64,000 nucleotides of DNA from Chloropicon primus (lineage: Eukaryota), in contig CP060760.1 in the NCBI GenBank assembly GCA_023205875.1, positions 372,001 to 436,000 of the forward strand. The letters run 5' to 3'. This document shows, one piece after another, positions 11,715 to 21,690 of this stretch. A model generated the notes under the pieces. The model had not been told where the DNA came from and did no database searches. It saw only the letters and a list, made by a program, of their open reading frames with translations. Position 1 is the stretch's first letter. The number at the start of each line of letters is the position of its first letter. Both the position numbers and the translations under genes were made by a program.

Positions 11715-12764
11715 ATGGAGGTGACGAGGGGAGGGAGCGCACAAGAGGGGACGGGGGCCAAGAACACACTGGATGTGCTGCCAGGGAGTGCGTGGTTCCT
11801 GGTCTTGAAGAAGCTGAGCCCCTACGACCAACTTGCTTTAGGGTTGACTTGCAAGGCGTTCCTCGAGGCGGTGACGACGGCGACGATAGCGACGAGAACG
11901 TACCCTTCTGGGCGCCCTCCGAAGAAGAAGAAGAAGAAGAAGACTCTTCCTCTGAGGACGGACCTTACTAAGAAAAGGTTGTACGAGGAGATGCCTTGCT
12001 TCAGCTTGGATTGGTTCCAGTGGGTGTTTCAGTCGTTCGAGAGGAAGAAGGGGGCAGCGGGAAGGAGAGAGAACAAATTCTTCAACCACCTGTACGACGC
12101 TGACCTGATGCACCTCGCCGCGTTCCAGGGCAGCAAGAAGGTGGTGGAGTGGTTGGCGAGTCAAGGGATTCCTTTGGATATCAAGCGCGACAATCATGGA
12201 GTGGTAGCAGTTGGAGGTGCTGCTAAAGGAGGCCACCTCGATGTTGTGCAGTGGTTGCAAAGCCAACACTCGCTTTGCCCTTGGAAAGAGGAGACTTGTT
12301 CTGAGGCAGCTGCAGGAGGTCAGCTTCACGTTCTGCAGTGGCTCCGCAGCCAGGACCCGCCTTGCCCTTGGAGTGACAAGACTTGTGCTGCTGCAGCTTC
12401 AGGAGGTCAGCTTCACGTTCTGCAGTGGCTTCGAAGCCAGGATCCGCCTTGCCCTTGGGACGACGAGACTTGTAGCGATGCAGCTCAAGGAGGTCACCTT
12501 GAGGTTCTCAAGTGGGCTCGAAGCCAAAACCCGCCTTGTGAGTGGGACGAGGGCACTTGTGGTTGGGCAGCTTGGAGAGGTCACCTTGAGGTTCTCAAGT
12601 GGGCTCGAAGCCAGGACCCGCCTTGCCCTTGGGACGCAGAGGAATGCATAGAATGTGCGGAGCAGAACGGCAATGATGACGTCGCCGACTGGATCGAGGA
12701 GAACGGATTATCAGAAGTGGAGGTCATCTACATCAGCAGCGATGATGAAGATGATTGCTACTAG
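11715..12764 (+). CDS. F-box-like plus ankyrin-like repeat protein of the algal/giant-virus 'GHLEVLKWARxxxCPWD' family
   Basis: N-terminal LDVLPGSAWFLVLKKL...LGLTCKAF; five 29-aa repeats GG(Q/H)L(H/E)VL(Q/K)W.RSQDPPCPWD.xTC; intronless. Confidence 0.85.
   Translation: MEVTRGGSAQEGTGAKNTLDVLPGSAWFLVLKKLSPYDQLALGLTCKAFLEAVTTATIATRTYPSGRPPKKKKKKKTLPLRTDLTKKRLYEEMPCFSLDWFQWVFQSFERKKGAAGRRENKFFNHLYDADLMHLAAFQGSKKVVEWLASQGIPLDIKRDNHGVVAVGGAAKGGHLDVVQWLQSQHSLCPWKEETCSEAAAGGQLHVLQWLRSQDPPCPWSDKTCAAAASGGQLHVLQWLRSQDPPCPWDDETCSDAAQGGHLEVLKWARSQNPPCEWDEGTCGWAAWRGHLEVLKWARSQDPPCPWDAEECIECAEQNGNDDVADWIEENGLSEVEVIYISSDDEDDCY
12228..12636 (+). repeat. 87-bp tandem repeats encoding ankyrin-like units
   Basis: GGAGGTCAGCTTCACGTTCTGCAGTGGCT at 12315 and 12402; related units at about 12228, 12489 and 12576. 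Confidence 0.85.
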
Positions 12765-13120
12765 CTCTTTGCTAGGACACTTCACTCGCAACGCCTTTGC
12801 ACCGACGTCATCAACCCTTGGAAGTGGAGCGAGGAGAATTCGTAGCAGCAATACATCCTCAACCAATCGACCAAGGCCTTCATGGAAATTTCTTGTTTTT
12901 GTTTTTTTCTGGTGGATTTCTCTCCTTCCGCTGCATCATAACGGGCGACGATTCGTGACGAGGCTTGTCTTGGTTTTCTTGGTTGACAGTCGTCAACAAA
13001 ACAAAACATAAACGATCAATTTATTTTACATACTCTTAGAGTTCAAGCCATACAAGCCCCTCCCCCTGCAAAGGCTCTGTCTTGGTCTCGTTTATTCCCG
13101 TTACCTCCTCCACTTCTTCT

Positions 13121-16100
13121 TCATCCCCCCCAGTTGTAGCTGGACGCGATGCTCGGGGCGAAGGGCTTGGTGTTCCTGTTGAGGACAAAGTTGTCGGCGA
13201 AGCTTCCAAAGGACGCGCCGTTGCTGCTCCCCAAGCTCGACCCAGTGTCCACGCTGCTGACCGAGTCGCTCGAGGACGAGCCGAAGAGGCCCTCCGCGCC
13301 CGCATGAATGTTCAGGTCCACGGTGTTCCTGTTCGCTCCAAAGCTGTAGCCGTGGTAGCGGGGGGTTCCCGCCAGGGTGTTGGCGAAGAGGTTGGAGTAC
13401 GCACTGATGTCGAGATTGACGGCCGGCGCCGTTTCCCTGAAGTACTTGCAGCTCCCGTCGTCCACATTGGCGCTGCGGTAATAGTTGACCGCGTGCTCGT
13501 CCATGCACCCGGGGACGGTGTACTCGCAACTTCCGTCGTCCGTGTTCGCCGCCGGCACAAAGTTGTCGGCCTCCTTGTCCATGCACCCCAGCACAGTGAC
13601 AAAGCAGCTTCCATCGTTGTGGGTCGCGGTGAAGTCGAAGTTGTCCGCGGCGGGGTCCGTGCAACCGTAGATCGTGTACACGCAGCTGCCGTCGTTGTAG
13701 GTGGCCTGGGGGTTGTGGTTGTCCGCCCTGCCATCCATGCACCCAGGGATGATGTACACACAACTCCCGTCGTCGTGGGTAACGGCAGCCTTGTAGTTGC
13801 TGGCCCGGGGATCCTTGCAGCCGTGGACGGTGTACTCGCAGCTGCCATCGCTGTGAGTCGCGCTCGGATCGTAGTTGTCGGCCTTCGCATCCTTGCACCC
13901 ATAGTGGGAGAAAATGCAACTCCCGTCGTCCTCATTGGCCTCCGCCATGTGGTTGTCCGCCGCGGGGTTCGTGCACCCGTAGACGGTGTAGTGGCAGCTC
14001 TGATCGTCGACATTGGCCGCGGCATTGTAGTTGTCCGCGCCCATGTTCGTGCACCCGTAGACGGTGTAGGTGCAGCTGCCATCGTTGTGGGTCGCGGCGA
14101 GATCGTGGTTGTCCGCCGCGGGGTCCGTGCACCCGAGGACGGTGTAGGTGCAGCTGCCATCGTTGTGGGTCGCGGCGAGATCGTGGTTGTCCGCCGCGGG
14201 GTCCGTGCACCCGAGGACGGTGTAGGTGCAGCTGCCATCGTTGTGGGTCGCGGCGAGATCGTGGTTGTCCGCCGCGGGGTCCGTGCACCCGAGAACGATG
14301 TAGGTGCAGCTGCCATCGTCGGCACTGGCCGCGGCATTGTAGTTGTCCGCTGCGGGGTCCGTGCACCCGAGAACGGTGTAGGTGCAGCTGCCATCGTCGG
14401 CACTGGCCGCGGCATTGTAGTTGTCCGCTGCGGGGTCCGTGCACCCGAGGACGGTGTAGGTGCAGCTGCCATCGTCGGCACTGGCCGCGGCATTGTAGTT
14501 GTCCCCTGCGGGGTCCGTGCACCCGAGGACGGTGTAGGTGCAGCTGCCATCGTCGGCACTGGCCGCGGCATTGTAGTTGTCCCCTGCGGGGTCTGTGCAC
14601 CCGAGGACGGTGTAGGTGCATCTGCCATCGTCGGCACTGGCCGCGGCATTGTAGTTGTCCGCTGCGGGGTCCGTGCACCCGAGAACGGTGTCCCCTGCAT
14701 CATCCTGCACGGATCCATCGACGGTGGTGTCAGCATCGGCAATCGCGCCCTCGAGCTCGTTCTCAAGCTCGTCCCTGATCATGGTCTCAGCCTCCATCAA
14801 ATCTTCGTCGACAATCGAAGCTACGACCTCGACCTCATCAACGTCAGCTGGAGGCAAAGAAGATCCATCGGCGTCGTCCCTGATCATGGTGTCAGCCTCC
14901 ATTAAATCTTCGTCGACAATCGAAGCTACGACCTCGTCAGCGTCAGCGTCAGCTGCAGGCAAAGAAAATCCATCGGCGTCGGCATCCTCCTCGGCGTCCT
15001 CGGTGCCCCCTGCATCATCCTGCACGGATCCATCGACGGTGGTGTCAGCATCGGCAATCGCGCCCTCGAGCTCGTTCTCAAGCTCGTCCCTGATCATGGT
15101 CTCAGCCTCCATCAAATCTTCGTCGACAATCGAAGCTACGACCTCGACCTCATCAACGTCAGCTGGAGGCAAAGAAGATCCATCGGCGTCGTCCCTGATC
15201 ATGGTGTCAGCCTCCATTAAATCTTCGTCGACAATCGAAGCTACGACCTCGTCAGCGTCAGCGTCAGCTGCAGGCAAAGAAAATCCATCGGCGTCGGCAT
15301 CCTCCTCGGCGTCCTCGGTGCCCCCTGCATCATCCTGCACGGATCCATCGACGGTGGTGTCAGCATCGGCAATCGCGCCCTCGAGCTCGTTCTCAAGCTC
15401 GTCCCTGATCATGGTCTCAGCCTCCATCAAATCTTCGTCGACAATCGAAGCTACGACCTCGACCTCATCAACGTCAGCTGGAGGCAAAGAAGATCCATCG
15501 GCGTCGTCCCTGATCATGGTGTCAGCCTCCATTAAATCTTCGTCGACAATCGAAGCTACGACCTCGTCAGCGTCAGCGTCAGCTGCAGGCAAAGAAAATC
15601 CATCGGCGTCGGCATCGTTCCCGGTGACGAAGGGCGGCTCATCGTCCTCCCCAGCATCACTGGGGTCCTCGCAGCTGCCGTCGTCTTGGTTTGCATTGGG
15701 GTTGTAGTTGTCGGCATTCTCGTCCATGCACCCGTAAACGGGGTAGCGGCAGCTCTGATCGTCATGCGTAGCGGCTGCGTTAAAGTTGTCCGCACTCATG
15801 TCCATACACCCGTGGACAGGGTACGTGCAGCTTCCATCGTTCTTGGTGGCCCCGGGGTCGTGATTGCCAGCATCAGGATCCGTGCACCCGGGGACGGCAT
15901 ACACACACGACCCATCATCGTGACTCGCCTCCTGGTCGTAGTTATCGGCCTTGGAGCTCGTGCAGCCCCACACCGCATGGACACACGAGCCGTCGTCGAC
16001 CGTGGCGGCTTTGAAGTAATTCTCGGCACCTGCATCCGTGCACCCTGGGATGGTGTACTTGCAACTGTCGTCAGCTTGGCTCGCTTCAGGGTCGTAGTTG

Positions 16101-17659
16101 TCCGCATCGGGGTCCGTGCAGCCCCAAACGGTGTGACGGCAGCTGCCATCAGGATCAGTCGCGGCAGGATTGTAGTTATCCGCGGCCTCGTCCATGCATC
16201 CCGGGACGGTGTAATGGCAGCTGTCATCAGGATCAGTCGCGGCAGGGTCGTAGTTGTCGGCACTCCTGTCCATGCACCCCAGAATCACGTAGACGCAGGT
16301 GTGATCATTGTAGTTTGCCTCGGGATCAAAGTTCTCCGCGGTGTGATCCGTGCACCCCGGGACCGTGTAATGGCAGCGATCAGCAACGTGATGGGTTGCA
16401 GCTGCATCGTAGTTGTCCGCATCGGGGTCCTTGCAACCTGGAAACTCGCAGCTCCCGTCGTCGGCCGTCGCACGGGAGTCGTAATTCGCGGCATCGGGGT
16501 GCGTGCACCCCAGGACATCTGGGGCGACGACCACGGCGCCCTCGCCCCCCGCGTCCGCCTCGGCGACTCCGTCCTCCGTCGCAATGCGCAAGGCTACCGC
16601 GTCGTGAATGCCTCCGAAATCCGACCCGGTCTCGACACCGTGCTCCGTCTGGACGGCGTTGCCCTGGGCATCCAGCTCCACCGTGGCCGCCGATCCAGCC
16701 GCCCCGCCCTCGACGTGCCTGCCCACTACCTCGTACCCTCCGGAGAGCCCGTACACGACGCTGTCCGTGTGGATCTCGCCTGAAACTCCGTCCTGGGCGC
16801 TGCCTGTGCCGTACCCGACGCCGACGCCCCCGGCCCCCTGGGTAGCGAGGGCGAGCCCCCCGACCAAGTGGCCCGACTCGCTCTTCCAGTAATCCTCCAT
16901 CAGGCCCCCGTCGCTTCCCTCGGTGACCACGTTCAGACCCAGGGGCCCGGTGAGGGCAGCGCCCCCCGAGACCCCGCTGGGAGGGACAGCCGCGCGATTG
17001 TCCGCTCCCGTGGCGACGGCATTCTGTCCAATCGCCAGGGCAAAGCCGTCGTCGTCCCCAGAAGCGTCGGCCGTGGCCCGGTCCCCCTTGGCCACCGCGA
17101 TGCCTCCGCTGCCGCAGTTGAGGGCGAAAGACCCGTCCGCGCAGGCCCCGCCGGCGTAAGCCCGGGACCTCCCCTGGGGCACGCTCTCCCTGAGGTGGGG
17201 ATCGTCCGGAGTCACGGCGAAGGCCGCGCCCCCCGAGCCCCCCACGCCGTCCGACGCGGCGATGGCGCTCGCAATCGTCTCCTCAAAGCCCGCCAAGACG
17301 TCCGCCACGAGCATCTCGTTGTAAGCATTCATGTGAGCCGGAACGGAGAGCTCCCTCTCGGCCCTCCTCCTGAACCGGTCCCGCTTCTCCTCCTCCTCGA
17401 TCCTGGCCGCGGACTTGCCCCCTTGGCCACCGCGGGCGGAGGCCAACGCCGCATTGGCGGCGATGGCGGTCCCGCCGTTTCCCCCGTCACCGCCCGAACC
17501 TCCCAAACCGTCGTAAGCGCGGTCGGCGACGACCGGAGCCACCATGAGGACCAACGCGAGCACGGACGCGAGGACCAGGCATCTGCTGATGCTGATGGTC
17601 CTCGCCATGGTGATGGACACCGGCCGTGGTGGTGTCGGCATTGAACCAAACCTCTTCAT
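13121..17659 (-). CDS. Large secreted repeat protein (~1500 aa): shared N-domain, 11 + 16 GCTD repeats flanking 3 acidic 105-aa repeats, shared C-domain (start ATG 17659 or 17608)
   Basis: Single 1549-codon ORF; signal peptide CLVLASVLALVLMVAPVVA; repeat consensus GCxDPxAxNYxxxAxxDDGSCxYxVx. Confidence 0.88.
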   Translation of the reverse strand: MKRFGSMPTPPRPVSITMARTISISRCLVLASVLALVLMVAPVVADRAYDGLGGSGGDGGNGGTAIAANAALASARGGQGGKSAARIEEEEKRDRFRRRAERELSVPAHMNAYNEMLVADVLAGFEETIASAIAASDGVGGSGGAAFAVTPDDPHLRESVPQGRSRAYAGGACADGSFALNCGSGGIAVAKGDRATADASGDDDGFALAIGQNAVATGADNRAAVPPSGVSGGAALTGPLGLNVVTEGSDGGLMEDYWKSESGHLVGGLALATQGAGGVGVGYGTGSAQDGVSGEIHTDSVVYGLSGGYEVVGRHVEGGAAGSAATVELDAQGNAVQTEHGVETGSDFGGIHDAVALRIATEDGVAEADAGGEGAVVVAPDVLGCTHPDAANYDSRATADDGSCEFPGCKDPDADNYDAAATHHVADRCHYTVPGCTDHTAENFDPEANYNDHTCVYVILGCMDRSADNYDPAATDPDDSCHYTVPGCMDEAADNYNPAATDPDGSCRHTVWGCTDPDADNYDPEASQADDSCKYTIPGCTDAGAENYFKAATVDDGSCVHAVWGCTSSKADNYDQEASHDDGSCVYAVPGCTDPDAGNHDPGATKNDGSCTYPVHGCMDMSADNFNAAATHDDQSCRYPVYGCMDENADNYNPNANQDDGSCEDPSDAGEDDEPPFVTGNDADADGFSLPAADADADEVVASIVDEDLMEADTMIRDDADGSSLPPADVDEVEVVASIVDEDLMEAETMIRDELENELEGAIADADTTVDGSVQDDAGGTEDAEEDADADGFSLPAADADADEVVASIVDEDLMEADTMIRDDADGSSLPPADVDEVEVVASIVDEDLMEAETMIRDELENELEGAIADADTTVDGSVQDDAGGTEDAEEDADADGFSLPAADADADEVVASIVDEDLMEADTMIRDDADGSSLPPADVDEVEVVASIVDEDLMEAETMIRDELENELEGAIADADTTVDGSVQDDAGDTVLGCTDPAADNYNAAASADDGRCTYTVLGCTDPAGDNYNAAASADDGSCTYTVLGCTDPAGDNYNAAASADDGSCTYTVLGCTDPAADNYNAAASADDGSCTYTVLGCTDPAADNYNAAASADDGSCTYIVLGCTDPAADNHDLAATHNDGSCTYTVLGCTDPAADNHDLAATHNDGSCTYTVLGCTDPAADNHDLAATHNDGSCTYTVYGCTNMGADNYNAAANVDDQSCHYTVYGCTNPAADNHMAEANEDDGSCIFSHYGCKDAKADNYDPSATHSDGSCEYTVHGCKDPRASNYKAAVTHDDGSCVYIIPGCMDGRADNHNPQATYNDGSCVYTIYGCTDPAADNFDFTATHNDGSCFVTVLGCMDKEADNFVPAANTDDGSCEYTVPGCMDEHAVNYYRSANVDDGSCKYFRETAPAVNLDISAYSNLFANTLAGTPRYHGYSFGANRNTVDLNIHAGAEGLFGSSSSDSVSSVDTGSSLGSSNGASFGSFADNFVLNRNTKPFAPSIASSYNWGG
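13445..14690 (-). repeat. 16 x 78-bp (26-aa) GCTD tandem repeats; copies near 14060-14690 are near-identical
   Basis: GTCCGTGCACCCGAG recurs at a 78-bp period (e.g. 14123, 14201, 14279). Confidence 0.92.
14691..15616 (-). repeat. 3 x 315-bp (105-aa) Asp/Glu-rich tandem repeat, each with two ~35-aa subrepeats
   Basis: TGCATCATCCTGCACGGATCC at 14696, 15011 and 15326; units look identical by eye. Confidence 0.93.
15668..16512 (-). repeat. 11 diverged GCTD repeats (~26 aa)
   Basis: From GCTHPDAANYD to GCMDENADNYNPNANQDDGSC in the translation. Confidence 0.88.
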
Positions 17660-18143
17660 CGTTGTCGCCGGATGGATGGATGGATGTCTTCGTGAGGTGA
17701 TCGACTCGCGGAATGACAGTGACACTCTCCCTCGTCGTCGTCGTCGTCGCAGTGTGCTCCCGTAACGCACGCTTTGCCGCAGTCCTCATTCGCCTGATCC
17801 GCATGTACAGCAGCTCCAGATCATCACAGCACATTCCCCGCGTCCGCGTCACAGCACATGTCATCCCATGGACAAGATTTTCGGAGGGAGTGGGGCCCCT
17901 GGGCGAGCGCTGCGCTGCAATAGCGAGGCATTGTATGTCAAGCTCAAGCAATCGAACAGGATGTTGCCAGACACCATGGCCGTGATGATGCGAGTGCACC
18001 ATAATCTCAATCTGGCAACGACTGTGGCTGGCGACATGTTACGCGCAGGGGTACATAGGCAGGGAAGGTGAGTACAACTTGGAGACGATAGCTGGTTCAC
18101 TAGGATCTAGGTTCTAGGGGCCAAGCATCTAGCAGGATGCGAG

Positions 18144-18190
18144 CGTATTATCACGTATTATCACGTATTATCACGTATTATCACGTATTA
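18144..18190. repeat. 10-bp minisatellite (CACGTATTAT)n, about 4.7 copies, intergenic
   Basis: cgtatta tcacgtatta x4; a further acgtattat at 18212. Confidence 0.9.
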
Positions 18191-18769
18191 CGGCGCGCCC
18201 AAAGCCTTCGTACGTATTATGGAGTTACGTAAAAGCCACCCCTGAGTGGAGGGGAAGGTGGAGAAGGGAGACCAGGACGATCGGAGGAAGGACTTGCTTG
18301 CTCCGCCCAGCTTTTGATGGGATCGAGACGAGAAGTGAATGGATCGGCCGCTTGCTTGCTCTGTAACGCCCGCGGCGGTATCGTGTCGGCGGCGGCAAGG
18401 ATGATGGTGATGCGAAAAGGCAAAATATGGCACAGAGTGACCAAAGAGTGATGATATTTGTATCTACATTTCGTTTATACTCTCTCCTAACGCTTGCCTT
18501 GCTCTGCCCTAAACTCGCCGTCCCCGCCCGCGCACAAAGTCCTCGACAACAACACCTTCCCTCTCCCTTGTCGTGCGACGAACCCGGGCGTTAATTCTCA
18601 CTCGCGTTTCAACTCCTTATCTTCTTCTTCTAGGGTTTTTCCTGCCGCGACAAGGGAAGGAAGAAAGGGAAGGCTCACCTTCTTTCGCGATTGCTTGATT
18701 CGATCGAGTCCTCTCGCGGGTCGAAGCGTGAAACGCTCTCTCGCCAGGGAAAGCGATCCAGAATCCAAC

Positions 18770-18841
<72 letters not shown>

Positions 18842-18843
<2 letters not shown>

Positions 18844-20555
18844 GTTTGTGGCGAGGGCAGCGGCGGCGTCCATCACAAGCACGAGGTACCAAGCGGCGGC
18901 ACGCCTCGCAACGGCTCGAGCGAGGCCCCTCGTCCTCGCTTCGCGCGGCTTTTCCAGCAGCAGCAACTCCATGACGATGATGATGGAAAGCTTCGAGAAT
19001 GCCAAGCTCGAGCCTGGCGCTCTGGCAGAGTACTACCGTTCCCAGTTCTCCGGCCTGGAGGGGGTGACCGAAACGTTCGCGGTGATGGATCCGGCCAAGG
19101 GGAACGAGCTGGTGAGGTTGGAGCGTCTCGGCGCGGAGGAGACGAGGGTCGCCGTGTCCAGGGCATCGCAGGCCTTCAAGCACGAGTGGAACATGTCCAA
19201 GGTAACGGCTCAGGCGAGGTATGATGCTCTCTTGAGGTGGGAGAAGCTGATCCGGGACAATGCCAAGGATTTGTCCAAGCTGGTGACCCTGGAGAACGGG
19301 AAGCCGATTGGAGAGGCGGCGGTGGAGGTGGCGGGGGGCGCGGACTCGGTGGCCTGGTTCGCGGAGGAGGCCAGGCGTATCGACGGGGACGTGCTTCAGG
19401 GGGCCAAGAGGCGCCAGAGGGTAATGGTGCTGAAGCAGCCGGTCGGAGTCGTCGGTGCGATCACGCCGTGGAACTTTCCCTTCTCGATGATCACCAGGAA
19501 GATCGGCCCCGCGCTTGCTGCTGGCTGCACGGTCGTCGTGAAACCCTCCGAGGAGACGCCGCTGAGCGCCATCGCTCTGACGTACCTGGCCCACGAGGCC
19601 GGCTTCCCAAAGTAAGTGGTCTTAGGCAGCTCTCGCTTGCCTACACACAAACACAAACTCACTCACTCCGCTCTCCAATCCAATCCACTCCAATCCACTC
19701 CGCAGGGGCAGCGTGCAGACCGTTTGCGGGGACGCCAAGGCCATAGGCGAGGAGCTCACGAGCAGCCGCGACGTGAGGAAGATCGGGTTCACGGGGAGCA
19801 CAGCGGTGGGCAAGCTCCTGATGGCCCAGGCCGCGAACTCGGTCAAGAGGATCAGCCTGGAGCTCGGGGGGAATGCCCCTTTCATCGTGTTCGAGGACGC
19901 CGATCTCGACAGAGCCGCCCAGGCGCTTCTGGGGTCCGGGCTGAGGAACGCCGGGCAGACGTGCATCTGCGCGGACAAGGTCTTGGTGCACGACTCGGTG
20001 CACGACGCTTTCGCGGCCAAGCTGTCCGAGAAAATGGCAAAAATGAGGTTGGGACACGGTCTCGACAGGGAGACGACCCACGGCCCGCTGATCAATCAGA
20101 GGGCCCTGGCGAAAGTGGAGTCCCACGTCAAGGACGCCGTGGAGGGCGGCGCAAACCTGGTTCTCGGCGGGGAGAGGGTGAAGCCTGACGACATGGACGG
20201 CTTCTTCTACGCTCCCACCCTGATCACCGACGTCAAGCTCGACATGAGTTGCTTTCGGGAGGAGAATTTCGGCCCCGTGCTCTCGCTCTACAGGTTTCAC
20301 ACGGACGAGGAGGCCTTGGAGGTGGCAAACGACAGCGAGTACGGCCTTGCCGCGTACTTTTACACCTCCAGCATGCGCAGGTCCTGGACAGTGAGCGAGG
20401 GCCTTGAGTACGGCATGGTGGGCTGCAACGACGTCGCGGTGACCGGGGTCACGACTCCGTTCGGTGGCTGGAAGCAGAGCGGCTTGGGCTGCGAGCACTC
20501 CAAGTACGGCATTGACGAGTTCCTGGAGAAGAAGGCCGTCTTCATGACTATTTAA
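18842..20555 (+). CDS. SSADH: Mitochondrial succinate-semialdehyde dehydrogenase (ALDH5); exons 18842-19611, 19706-20555
   Basis: KQPVGVVGAITPWNFP, KPSEETPLS, GFTGSTAVGK, LELGGNAP, RNAGQTCIC, EENFGP, PFGGWKQSGLG; in-phase GT-AG intron. Confidence 0.95.
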
Positions 20556-20616
20556 CGGAGTGTTGTGGTATGGTATTACACAAGACAAAGCAAAGTGCGC
20601 CGAGGGCCTGTCCTAT

Positions 20617-21690
20617 CTATTTCCCGAGCTTCAGCCACTTTGGGACCCCCTTTGATTTCCCCTTCTTTTCCGCGGCGCTCGCCGAGGATCCCTCGGCCTC
20701 CGCGCTCCTGACCTCGGGGATGGAGGCTCTCGCGACGTCCTCGGCCCCCCCCCTGCGCTTGCCCTTGCCGTGGGCGGCCACCTGGTCCACCGAGTGGACG
20801 GAGAATTTGTCCATGACTTCCCGTCTGAGCACCTTGGTCGACTCCAGCGCTTCGGACGGGCCGCTCTTCAAGGCAAAGTGAAGCTTTGCCGAAGGGACGA
20901 GCCCGGCATCGTATAGGCTATCCTTGGACTTCCTGTCCAAGATGCATTTGGGCGGAGTCGTGAAGAGAACAAAGGGGGCCGCGCCCGAGCACTGCAACCC
21001 AGAAACATAGTCGTAGACGCTTGAAATGCATTCGGTGGCTTTGAAAACGCACTGGATGCACCACCTGTCAGGCAAAACGATTCGCAGGCGGACAGGAGGC
21101 ATCTCAAGAGCCTTCTGCCGCCTCTCCTTCTCCCTCATCGCCCTAGTCTGAAGAGTCCTGGCCTCCTCCTGCCTCACTTGCTCTTGCTTCTTCTGCTGGA
21201 TCCTGGCAAAGTCTTGCGCCGTGAAGTCGTAAAAGTCGTCCCCGACCTCCTCCGCCGCCGACCCGCCGCCCGCCGCCAGCAGATCCTCGTGGAACACGAT
21301 CAGGCTCCGCTCCGCCGAGCTCAACTCGTGGGCCGGCTGATCCACTGGCCCGTTCTGCATCTGCATGGGCTGAGCCTTCTTCTCCGTGGGCTGAGGCTGC
21401 CGCGTCGAGGGAGCAGCTGGCCTCGGGCGAGACGTGGACGGCGCGGATGCCGTCGTCTCCTTCGTCACGAATTGAAGCTCGAGCGTGTCCCTGTTCTGCA
21501 GGCCGGAGAACCGAACAGGCAAGTCAGGGTCGATTTCCTTACGCTTCATCCTAAGTGCGTACTTCCCGCGGTCCTGACGCCCGATCTTCTCCAGCATTCC
21601 ATCCACGGCTTGGCTGAGCTTCATCATGGGAGTCACCTTGACCGGCTCCCGCCGGGTGCCGTCCACCAGGACGAACAGCGTCATCGACAT
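20617..21690 (-). CDS. PUX1: UBX-domain protein of the PUX1/ASPL(TUG) type
   Basis: N-terminal ubiquitin-like domain (LPVRFSGLQN), DDFYDFTAQD, LQTRAMRE, RIVLPD, FVLFTTPPK, LYDAGLVPSA, C-terminal VPKWLKL. Confidence 0.85.
   Translation of the reverse strand: MSMTLFVLVDGTRREPVKVTPMMKLSQAVDGMLEKIGRQDRGKYALRMKRKEIDPDLPVRFSGLQNRDTLELQFVTKETTASAPSTSRPRPAAPSTRQPQPTEKKAQPMQMQNGPVDQPAHELSSAERSLIVFHEDLLAAGGGSAAEEVGDDFYDFTAQDFARIQQKKQEQVRQEEARTLQTRAMREKERRQKALEMPPVRLRIVLPDRWCIQCVFKATECISSVYDYVSGLQCSGAAPFVLFTTPPKCILDRKSKDSLYDAGLVPSAKLHFALKSGPSEALESTKVLRREVMDKFSVHSVDQVAAHGKGKRRGGAEDVARASIPEVRSAEAEGSSASAAEKKGKSKGVPKWLKLGK

Noticed and set aside
13445..14690. Regular 78-bp repeats as a CRISPR array
   Set aside because: No unique spacers, in-frame coding repeats, eukaryotic context, no cas genes
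9898..16783. Long plus-strand ORFs (9898-11307, 13082-14905, 14655-15707, 15686-16783)
   Set aside because: Antisense shadows of high-GC3 repetitive genes; no independent protein features
18095..18140. Helitron 3' end (hairpin plus CTAG on the minus strand)
   Set aside because: Stem is only 5 bp, the nearest CTAG is not followed by T, and no Rep/Hel sequence is present; kept only as a weak note
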